Shown here one piece after another: positions 47,905 to 59,900 of a stretch of 64,000 bases of DNA (position 1 is the stretch's first letter; every line of letters begins with the position of its first letter). The DNA is taken from IMG/VR virus record IMGVR_UViG_3300045993_000757, positions 1 to 64,000 of that record. The stretch is one strand, 5' to 3'. A program made the position numbers and the translations under genes. The notes under the pieces are model-generated. The model ran no database searches. It worked only from the letters and a program-made list of their open reading frames with translations, and had not been told where the DNA came from. Source of the DNA: a virus.

Positions 47905-50900
47905 ATGCCCAAATATCCGCTGACCTTGCCGAACGGACAGTCGTTCGACATCGACTCGCCGAACGAGCTGTCCCAGTCCCAGCTCGCCGAAGCCCAGGGC
48001 CAGCTCATGGCCCAGTTTGGACAGGCCCAGCCCGACCCGACTCCGGTCGCCGAACCGTCGTTGTCCAATAACGCCTTCGATCCGATCGGTGCGGTGCGCG
48101 ATGCCATTGGACAGGAACTGCCTCCGCCAGAGTTCGGCGCCATGGATGTCCCTGGGGCGGCAGTTCGATCCACCATGGGTCAACTCGGTCAGGGGATGTT
48201 CAAGATCGGGCTTGGAGCCATGGGTCTGACTACGGGCCCATTGGTTGATGTGCTGACGGGAAACACACCCTTCCAGCAGAACCCAAGCTGGGAAACCCTG
48301 GGAGAAACGCTCAATCCCGCGAAGTCCTACGCCCGGTTTAAGCGCGGCGCCATGGCGCAGAATATAAATGACCTAGCGCGTTCTTCGGTCCCCGTCTGGG
48401 AAAGGCAGAACGATCCTTCCATCGCCCAGCCCACAGGGTTCACGAAGTCAGCCATCGATTTCACGGGGGGCGTTGCTTCCTCCGTCATCATGTCCCTTCC
48501 CGCCATGGTCACCGGGATCCCCGGGCTCATCGGGATGTCCATGGCCACGTTCGATCCGGCCTTTGAGGAGGCCCAGTCGAAGGGCGCAGGCGACACAAAA
48601 GCTTTCGCGCACGCCGTCCTTTCCACGGCGTTCGAAGCGGGATCCGAATACGTCGGATCGGCCTGGGCCAAGACCGCCCGGATGATGGAAACGATGCCGT
48701 ACCTACCGCCGACCGTGCGGAAGTACCTGTTCCAGGCAGAGCGAGGCCCCGTGGAGGATGCCGCCAAGGAAGCTGCCAGGAGTTTCTGGGGGACACTCGT
48801 TGGCACAGCCAGCAGGAAGGACGGGATCCACCTCGGCACCGCGACGATGGAAGGGCTGGAGGAAGTCTTCAGCACCGTGGCCCAGCGCATGAGCGCGGCC
48901 ATGCTCTACGACCCGACCCAGATCACGAACATCGGCGACCTGATGATGGACGCCGGGATGTCGTTCCTGGGCGGTGCCGCGGCGGGTGTGGCCTTCACCC
49001 CGCTGGAGCGCCGTGTCGCGCGCCAGAAGGTCGGCGAGGCGATGCGGAGCGGTGTCTTCGAGCAGTACCGCACGGCCCTGGAAGCCGCCAAGAAGGACGG
49101 CGCGTACCGACCTGAGGACCAGAAGGTCGTCAACGAGGCGGTCACCGGCCGTCGCCTGATGGAGCTTGGGGCTCTCTGGGGCAACACCGACATGGTGGCC
49201 AAGGGGAAGGAACAGCTCGCCGCCGCCACCACGCCCGAAATGGCAGCCGCCACGGAGGCGGAGGTGAAGAAGGCCGCGGAAATGTTCCACGCCGTCCAGA
49301 CCCCGGAAGGAGCGGCGACGGCTCACAAGCTGGCGGTCGATCAGTTCGGTGCGGACAGTCCCCAGGCGAAGAAGATGGCCGAGCTAGTGAATCAGGCCAA
49401 CGAGCACCGGCTGGACATCGCCCGTGCCCAGGCCGTGCAAACCTCCGGCCCCGGCATGAAGTCGGAGGAGTGGGCCAAAGTCGTCACCCAGGAAGGTCTT
49501 TCGCCTGACCGCGTCGAGCTGCACGCCAGCCAGGGATTCCGCGACAACGAGACGGGTCTTCCCACCGAAAATCCCAAGGATTCCCAGGGCCGTCCCAATC
49601 AGGAGCAGGAAGGCTACGTCGATCCGCAGACCGGCAAGATCCACATTTACCAGGGGTCCATCCTGGGCGACATCAACGCCGGCCGGGGATCCCGCCGCGT
49701 CCGCCAGCGTGAGCACTTCCGCCAGGTGTTGCGGGAGGAGGCCGCGCACACGGCGCTTCAAACGCCCCTGGGCCGGAGCCGCCTCAACGCCTACGTCGAG
49801 CACCTTAAGGCGAACGACTCGAAGGCCTACCAGGCGATCGTGGACACGCTGGCAAGGCAAGGATACCACCCCGACATCATCCCCGAGGAGTACGTCGCCA
49901 AGCTCTACCGGCAGCAGTCCTGGTTCCAGCAGAAGGTCGATGACTTCATGCTGGCCCTGCACCGTTGGACCGGCATCGGGAAGCTGAATCACGTTCGCGC
50001 CGGACGCTTGCTGATCCGCAGTCTCGTGGAGCATTCCCGGCAGGGGAACCTTCGCGGGAACGCCGGCGCTTTCCAGCCTGCCAACGCCGCCGCCGATGTC
50101 CGCCAGCAGGAGTCGCGGCTGGACATGGCCAGGATCCGCGCCCTGAACACGGAGGAGGCCAAGGTCATCGCGTCCGGACACGCCGCGATACTGACCCAGC
50201 CCCAGCTAGAGCAGGCGATCCGCGACCTGACGACGCGCTTGGAACTCATGAACCGCCAGGGGATCGGCGGCATGGTCAAGCTGGAGACGGAGCGCGTCCT
50301 GAAAGCGGCCAAGGACGAGTTTGTGGCCCGCGAGAACGTCCGGCGTCAGGCCATCCTGAACCAAGCGACCGCGCCCGTGCAGCCGCCGACGCCCAACACG
50401 CCCCAGGGCGGCACGGCACCTTTCGTTCCGGTCATCGACCAGCAACCCCCGACACCACCCCCCAATGCCCCTGATCAACAGCAGCAGCAAACAGGCAGTC
50501 AGCCAGAACATCCGAACGGAAATGAAGGCGGGCAAGCCCCAGAAGCAGGCAATAGCAATAGCCCTGGCAGTCCAGCGGAGAGCGGAGCAGAAGCGCCGAA
50601 TCCGGAAGAAAGCAAGGTAGCCAGCTACGTTCCGCCGGAGAACCCCGGCCACATTGCTGCCGACCTTTCGACCAAGGTTCAGCAGGGGGATTTGACGCGC
50701 GACGAAGGAACCGCGCTGTCGATCAAGTTTGGGGTCCAGGGCGAGTTCGATCAGTTCATGGCCCTGATCGACAAGGTCGCCGCCCGCGAGGCTTCTGGAG
50801 AGGCTCAGGCGGAACGCGAGGCGCGCAAGGCCAAGATCGACAACATCGTCTCCCGGCTGCTCGTGGGCGATGAGGTGGACGGTGGCATTCTGGAGTCCAT

Positions 50901-53900
50901 CGAACCCAGGGCGGAAGACGACCACTGGTTCGTGGTCCGTCACCCCGGAGGAACGACATCCGCATCCAACGTCCCGCCGATCATCGGCAAGATGTTCGAC
51001 CCGGCCTGGGTCCAGTCCATTGAGTCCCGGAAGCTCACGCGCGAGAAGGTGCTGAAGGCGGAGGAGCTGAAGAAGAAGATCAAGGGCAAGGAGAAGCCCC
51101 AGGATGCTCGGGAACAGGCGGCGGCAGAGGCTCGTGCCAAGAAGGAGGCGTTCGAGCGCGCCGAGGCTGAACGCAAGGCCAAGGAAAAGGCGGACCAGGA
51201 TGCGGCCCGCAACGAGTTCGAGTCGGCTTTCCAGCAGGCGAAGGCCCTGGCTCCTGGCGACAAGGTTGGAAAACGAGTCGTCCAATCCAACAACACCGAG
51301 ACCACGGACATCCAGTTCGAGGGCGAGAACACCCCCGAGGACTACGAGAACGTCGCCGTCTTCATCATGGACGGAAACGACGTGGTGAAGGCTTCAACGC
51401 CACCGCCGGCCGCAGGCAAGACGTTCAAGGTGGGCGACCGAGTTCAGTGGATGGACGGGAAGATCACAAGGACTGGCGTCGTCCGTGAGCAAACCGCCAT
51501 CGGGGTATCAGTCAACGACGATGACTCGGGCAGGAACTACCTGCTGGCTTCGAGTGACTTGACTGAACTCAGTAAGCCCGTTTCGGACCAACCCCAAGCC
51601 CCCGCGATCATCGAGGCGTGGAAGAAGGGGAAGCGAGAACTGGCCCAGCAACTCGCCGATCGACTGCCCGAACCCGGTGACACATGGGCGTTCCGGACTT
51701 CCGACACCGGAAACCTGGCTGGGTATGGTGCCGGGGATTCCACCTTCACCCGAGACCTGACGGTGCGTGGCAAGCCTCTGTGGCAATGGATCAACGAGGC
51801 CCAGGCAGATACCCTTCCGAAACCCGGATCCAACGCCCAGGAGAACAAGCCGGCCGCAGGGATCACCGCGGACAACCTGCACAAGCAGAACCTCCGGATG
51901 TTCACGGGCATCCTGAAGCCCATCATCGAACGTGTCCGAGGAATCTTCGATCGCCTTGAACGGGGGAAGAAAGTCTCCCAAGATGACCATTCGTTCCTCA
52001 GTCGGTACAGGGCTTTTGCCACCGAGAAAGTTAGGTCTCTGAATGAGGGGTTTGGGGATGTCCCCGCGGAGAGCATCGCTCAGAAGTACACCGATGACTT
52101 CGAGGGCATTGCCTTGGCCCGAGATTACACCAAGGCCCAACTGGAGGTGGAAAAGAGGCACCTCACCAAGTTTGGGCAACTGTTTCCGACGGGATCCGAA
52201 ACAGGGAACATCATCTCAGGACTTCTGGGCCGCGTCATGGAAGCGATCAATCGCCATGATGGTGTCCCGATTCCTCGCCTCGCATCCAAGATTCCCAAAC
52301 GTCCTATCCGCAAGCCCTCGACCCGCGAGCGTGCCCCCGACCTGATCGACCTCCTGATCGACACCGTGGGGAAGATCGACCCCAAGCTGATCAAGGAGGC
52401 CAATCCAGACTTCAAGCCCACGGGCGCGGCCCGCCTGCTGTTCAGCCCCAAGGGAACTCCAGCCGACCAGGCCATGCACGCCGTGGTGGGACAGATGGGC
52501 GTCACGGCCGACATGAGCATCGACCAGTTCGCCGAGGCGATAACGGCGGCTGCCAATGGCAGGAAGGCCACACGCAAGGGCTGGGCGGCGGAAGGGGCCC
52601 AAAACGACGCGGATGCCAAGCGCGCCCTGGCGTTCCATGCGTTCCTGGATAAAGAACGCCCGTCAGGTCTTAGCGTCTCCGAGTTGAAGATGGGCGACAG
52701 CTTCACGGTGGACGGAGATCCTTTCTCCGTCATCGGGGTGGAGTACGGCGAGGATGGAGGGCCTTTCTCGGTTACCCTGGACGGCGGGAAGAAGTGGGGG
52801 ACCCAGGTTGTCGATGGGAAGAAACCAGTCACGGTTGATGACGGAAGCTTCGCGGGCGTGAACGGCCCCATTGAGCCGGAGACCAGCAAGCTCCCGTCCG
52901 AAATCGCGGACGAGATTCGTCGAGTGGTTGGATTCATCCAGGAGGTCAGGAACTACCTCAATTCCCAGCTTCAGTGGAAAGACAATCACAGCCGCTTTGT
53001 CGTGGAGGAATACCTCAAGGACAACGCTCAGGCCATCGAAGCCGCTCAGAAGACCATTCAGGAATTCAGAGACGTTGCTCCGACTCACAACATCGACGCC
53101 GAGCTCGTCATCGAGGAACTCGGCGGAGTTCCTGACATCACGCTTCCCCCTGAAAAACCTGCGGGCATCCCAGGCTTCTTCGACGCCATCGAGTCCGACG
53201 AGGACCGGATCGCCCGCGAGCGCAACGAGGCCGAGCAACGCCGCGCCAAGGCCGACGCCGACAAGCTCCGCGACCTGGCCAACAAGCCGCTCAAGGGAAC
53301 TGCTGGCGACCTGGGGCAGGGGGCCCTGTTTGCGGAACCCGGCGACCAGGACTTGTTCGCCCCGCCGCCGGCCGACGTTCAGCCCAAGCGCAAGGCCATG
53401 GACGCGATCCAGGCCAAGGTGGACGCCCAGGACGCCACCAAGCGCGCCAAGATCGAGGAGCTGAAGAAGCGGCTGAAGCCGAACATGGGCGGAGAAGACA
53501 TCACGCCGTTCTCCCTCAAGGAGCTTTCTCCCCAGACCAAGAACGACCTGATCGAACTGTCGGGGCTCTACCTGAGCAGCGACATCGTCTCCTTCGCCGA
53601 GTTCTCAACCAAGCTCATCGACGACTTCGGGGACAGCGTTCGTCCCTGGCTCCAATTCGCCTATGAAAGCTCTCGGTTCTCTCCTGGTGCGACTTACAAG
53701 GGATCAATGGACCCGGCTGATTGGGTCGAACAACTCGCCAAAAAATATGACTCAGGTGCCACTCCGGATCTGGAATCAGATCGCTTCCGAACAACAGGAC
53801 AACCTGGACCCGATCGCGGTCCAACTGTTCAGCCTGAAAACCTCGGACCAGCTCAACCTGGTGATCGACCTGTGGCACCAGGAGATTCGCAAGCTGACAC

Positions 53901-56900
53901 CGGAACCCCTGGTGGCGTCAGCGATCGTGGCGATTCTACCACTGATGCGCGCCCAGCGGGCGGTGAACGCCTTCCTGAGCCAGCGGCCAGCCCTGTCGTG
54001 GAACGTCCGGCAAGCCATCCCGGAACTCAACGGCCTGGACGAAGCGGTGGAACTGGGCGTGCTCGAGTATCGGCTGCGGCGCAATCAGACCTTGGATCTC
54101 CGGAAGCTCCTGTCGTCGCCCCAGACGTGGCAACTCCTCCGCCCGATTTTGGAGCGTACCCCAGCGACAACCCCGTCGCCGACCAAGCCGACGCCAACGC
54201 CCGATCCTACCCCTGGCTCTCCGCCGATCCCGGCAACATAGAGAGCACGCTTCCGATGCTGTTCCCCAGCCAGCGGAAGAACGTCTTCCTGGCGGAGCGG
54301 CGGTTCGCGGAGACCCCGGTGGCAGCCACGCACGCCTCGGGCACCGGCCTGGGCGATCCCAAGCGCGGGATCCTGTTCACCGATGGCACCGGCACCGGCA
54401 AGACCTACTCCGGGGCAGGCATCGTCAAACGCTTCCTCATGCAGGGGAAGACGCGGATCCTCATCGCGGTCCCGAACGCCAACATCATCGAGGCGTGGAA
54501 GTCGGCGATGAAGGACTTGGAGATCCCGCACTTCGTCCTTCCCGACACCAGCACCGCCGCCAAGGGCGTCACGCTGACCACCCAGGCGAACCTCCGAAAC
54601 AACGCCGAGCTCGCCAAGCAGGACTTCGACCTGGTGGTCATCGACGAGTCTCACAACCTCCTGTCCAACGAGGCGGGTGAGGCGAACGCGGGTCTTCGGT
54701 CCTTCCGGATGGTGGCCAACCACCCCGACAGCGTGGAGCGAAAGGCCACGAATGCCATCATCGGGCCTGCCCCGGTCCAGGCGGACTACGCAGGCGGAGG
54801 TGATTTCGCGGCTGCCCTTCACCAGTGGGACCAAAAGCGCATCGACAACATGGCGAAGATCAGCGCCGAGGTGAAGCGGATCAACGAACTGAACACCAAG
54901 GCGCTCTTTCTTTCAGCTACGCCATTCGCCTACCACACCTCGCTCATCATGGGCGACGGGTTCCTCTACTCCCTGCCCGACGACAGTCAGCGAACCGGAT
55001 ACAATCAGCCCAAGGGATTCGACCGGTTCCTCGCCGAGAACCTGGGATGGCGGATGCGAACTGGGAAGCTGAACAAGCCCAGCGCAAACGTGGACACTTC
55101 GGTCATGGAGATCCAACTCCACGACCTGTTCGCCAAGCGCGGGGCCATGCACGGCGTCTCGCTCGATGTTCCCCAGGACTACAGCCGGGAGTTCGTCCTG
55201 GTCCGACCGGCCGCAGCGCAGAAACTCGATGATGGGTTCTCGTTCTTCCGTGGCGGCGAGTCGTACCAGCAGCAGTACCCGATCCTCAATAAGGTCTTCA
55301 ACGAGCTCTGGGACTACAACCACGTCGCCCAACTCCTCGAAGCATTGAAGATGGACTCTGCCATCGAACGCATCCGCCAGCACGTTGCCATGGGCAGGAA
55401 GGTCATCCTGCTCCACAGCTACCTGAAGGCGAAGATCCATGCCCACCCCTTCCGGTTCGAGACCTACCCGCCGGAATTCCTGATGGCTTTCAACGGGGCG
55501 GATCTCAAGGCTGAGATGGACCGTTTCCGGAACGATCATGCCGAGTGGGCCAACATCGTCATGCCCGACTCTGAGCTTTCGTTGGAGAAGATCCGCCGCG
55601 AGTTCGGAGACTCCGTGGTCTTCAACAACGGCAAGGAGGCCCCCCGAAGTCGTGTCGAGGCGGTGATCGACTTCAACCGCGACGGTGGCGGCGTGAATCT
55701 CCTGGTCGGTCAGCTTCAGGCGACCAAGGAAGGCGTCTCGCTCCACGACAAGAGCGGGAAGCACCAGCGCGTCATGATGATGGTCGCGCTGCCCATCCGA
55801 CCCACCGATGCCATCCAGGCCGAGGGTCGCGGTTACCGGATCGGAGTGAAGACCGACGCCATCAACGAGTACATCGTGCTCCACACGATGATGGAGCGGT
55901 TCGCCTTCGCCTCGAAGATCAACGAGCGCGCGGACACCGTGGAAACCCTGGCCCTGGGATCGGACAGTCGAAACCTTCGCGACCGATTCCGCGACGGCTA
56001 CCTCAATGCCATCGACGCGGATCCCAACGACCAGCAGGGCAAGGGAAGCAAGGAGGCCGACCGCCGCGCCGAGACGATGTCGGACTTCGACCGGGCCGTG
56101 TCCTTCTACTTCGCCCGCACGAAGAAGAACTCCCGGACCAAGAGCGCCGAGGGGCTGGACTACTACCCCACGCCGGAGCCGCTGGGGCTCAAGATGGTGG
56201 AATGGGCTGACCCAAGCGCCGGGGACGCCCTGCTGGAGCCTTCCGCCGGCCACGGGGCCATCGGCCAGTGGTTCCCCAACATCGGCCAGCACGCCTACCT
56301 GGAACCCTCCGCCGAGCTTCGCAGCGAGCTGGGAATCAAGGTGAAGGCGGGGACCGTCTACTCGACGACGTTCGAGGACTACCACATCACGAACAAGTTC
56401 GACGAGATCGTGATGAACCCGCCGTTTGGTCGGGCGGGGGCCACGGCGTTCGCGCACCTCGCCAAAGCTTTCCGACATCTGGTAATGGGCGGGCGTATCG
56501 TCGCCCTGGTTCCCGATGGGGCCAACACGAACGACAAGATCGTCGAACTCCTAAGGGCCGGGAATGATCCCACGGGGCACTATGACGGCCGAGTGTTGCG
56601 GGCGGACATATCGCTTCCTTCGTCCGTGTTTGAACGGGCCGGGACCAGCGTTCGGACTCGCCTGCTGATCTTCGATACGCCGACCTATTCCGATCTCCAC
56701 TCCGGCCACCGGATCGGAGAAGGGCTTGAGAACCTGTTCCCGCCCACGTTCACGACCAAGATCGAGGCCAACACCATCCAGGAGTTGTTCGACCAGATCC
56801 GCGACCTGGACGTTCCGGCGCGAATCCGGAAGCCCAAGCCCGCCCCAAGCAATCCGCTGACCACACGGGACGCCATCATCCAGACGACATCCCAGGGCCC

Positions 56901-59900
56901 CGGCGTCGTTCCCACCCGCCAGCAGTCCACCACACCCCAGCTTCCTCCGTTGTTCAAGCTGGGTCAGACGACGCACGCGAAGAAGGGGATCCAGTTGTTC
57001 GTCGCCACGCTGACCAAGAGCTTGAGCGATGCGAACTTCTCCGTAGTCAACCGGATCGCCAAGAAGCACGACGGATACTACTCGGGGTACAACAAGGCCA
57101 ACGCGATCCCAGGATTCCAGTTCGACGCCGCGGATCAACGAGACGATTTCGTCGCCGAGGTTGAGCGGGCACTCCGACCTCCCGACGAATCCACTCCGAC
57201 CTACTCCCTGAAGGCGCGCGATCCGTTTGAGGTCAACGACATCACGCGCACCCGCGGGGCCATCATGGCTTCCATCGGAGTGCCGCACGTCGCGGATGCC
57301 ATGACGATGACCCCCGACGAGTTCGCCGCCGGGAAACATCCGACTGTCCTGGGGTTCTCTGGCAAGTCTCTATGGCAAGCCATCAACAGCGGGGATCCCA
57401 CCCTTTCGGCGTTGCTCCGTTCGCCCGCCTATTCGCTCAAGGTCCGTCCGGTGCAGTCGGACCTGTTCGACCGGGAGACGACGCGGAGCATCGCCCAAGC
57501 CTACACCTCGGCGGGAACGTCGCTGCCGAACAACCGCCCCGCCCTGTTCTCGGTGATCGACAACGGGGACGGGTGGAAGGCGCAGAGTCGAAACATCGAC
57601 TTCGGGGCCGGGAAGTCCTTGTGGATGGACGACGCCCTCAAGAGCCGGGGCGTGGAGAACCTTCGGTACGATCCATTCAACGAGGCCTCCGCCGTCAATG
57701 AGGCCACCGTCGATTCAGCTCTCCGCGCCCCGGCCGACACCTTGACCGTCGCCAACGTGCTCAACGTGGTCGCGCCGGAGGCTGCGTTGGATGAGACCAT
57801 CCGTCAAACCGCCCGCCTGCTGAAGCCGGACGGCAAGGCGTACTTCTGGGTCCACTTCGAGAACGGCAAGAAGTCCGGCGTTCCCCGCGGTCGCCCCGAC
57901 TCCTGGCAATGGCACCATAAGGCCGAGTGGTACGTCCCACACCTGAGCCGCTTCTACGGAAAGGTCGAGACCATCGGCCAGAACATGATCGTGGCCTCGC
58001 AGCCGATCCCCGTGGTGGGCGAATGGTCGCCGTCCGCGGAAGGGCCCACGTTCAGCCTCAAGCCGCGCGCCTACGACCTCACGCCGAACGGTGGGAATCC
58101 CATGGTGCCGCGCATCGGCTACCTCACCGGGAAGCACAGCGCCAAGATCCTCGCTCGCGCCCAGGCCCGCGGGGACATCGGGGCCCTGATTACGCCGACA
58201 TCGTCGCACTCATTGGACACGGCCCGGTCCTACCCGTTCTACGCCGTGGACAATGGCGTGTTCGGTAAGGCCGGGTTCAACGAGCCCAAGTTCAACGCCC
58301 TCCTGAACAAGATCCAACCGGGCGATCCCAAGGTCTTGTTCGTCGTGGCCCCCGATGTCCTGGCCCACCTTCCCAATGGCCAGGTGGTCGGGGATGCCGC
58401 GGCGACCATCGAGCGGTTCAAGGATTGGGGCCCTCGGATCCGGGAGCGCGGTCTTCCCGTGGCTTTCGTGGCCCAGGACGGGCTGGAGGATCGGTTCAAC
58501 GACATCCCATGGGACGGTATGGACGTGCTGTTCATCGGCGGGTCCACGGGCTGGAAGCTGGGCGAGTTCGCCGATCCGGAGCGCCGGCGGCGGTGGGAGT
58601 ATGTGATGGGCGAGGCGCACAACCGCGGCATCCCGATTCACATGGGGAGGGTGAACTCCAACGAGCGCCTGACGGGCCACGCCGTGGACATGGCTGCGTC
58701 CACCGCGGACGGGACCCTCCTGGCGTTCGGGGAGGACATCAACTTGCCCAGGCTCGAATCATGGCTGGATCAGTTGAACCACGGGGGGCTGTCTTACGCG
58801 GCTCGGAACATGACGGAGTTGGGAAGATTGCCCACGAGGCGGGAGATTATCGACTTGGCCAGTGATCGGAATCTTGCCTATGAAACCCTCGGGGCATTTG
58901 AGCCCGCCCTGGACGAGATCAACGCCACGCGCAACGAACTTGGGCTGCCCCCAATCGCACCCCGCCAGTTCGATCCGGGCCAAGCTGAGTTCGGTTTCTC
59001 GCTGAAAAAGCCAGTCCGGATGTTCCGCAGCTACGCCGAGTTGGAAACGGGGGCTCTCCAGTTCGAGTCCTGGCGCGACTGGTACTCGGCCGACAAGGCG
59101 AACATAGACTCTATGTTCGGTAAGGATGCCCCGCTGTTCGCACAGGTTCTCGCTGCCACGTCCATCCAGACTGAGGTTCCCGATAATGTCGGTCGAGCCT
59201 TGCGCGCCTACATTGAGATGATTCAGGGAGCGCCATTCACTGGTCAGATCCCATCGGCTAGGGTCAATTTGGAGCGAATCCGGGATGGAGAGTCGATCCG
59301 TGGCCCCAAGATAGAACCTTTTGCTCGGGCCATCATGGGCGATGAAAGCGCGATCGCTGTTGACAGGCACGTCATCCGCGCGATCTTCGGCGAGGACGCG
59401 GTCGCTACTCCGGCACTCATAAGAAAGGCACAAGATGTCATTCGCAAGATTGCGGCGAAACACGGGTGGACTCCTCGGCAAACCCAGGCCGCAGTCTGGG
59501 CTTGGAAAATCAATCTCAACGGGAAAACCCCCCAACGATACCTCGACTCCCTCACTCCCGATCGCTTCGCTAGCACAATCCGTGGATCAGGAGTTGAAGG
59601 ACTCGTTCGATCGCGCACGAATTTTGGACAGGGAACTCAAGCAGGCGTTGGGACCGGGGCGGCAGACACCGGATCCGGAGTTCAAACGGGAAATGAAACC
59701 CCCGCTTACAGCCTAAAGACCCCGCCCGATCACCGGCCGCTCGCGGAGGACATCAACGCTTTCCGCACCGAGTTCCCCACGGCCCCGCCGATCGTCGTCA
59801 ACCAGGACGATGCCGCGCGCGGGGCCCGGTTCGAGAATGGCGAGATCGTGGTCGCTGAGACCATGATGCCCAGCAGCCGCACCGGTCGCCGGGCGGAACT

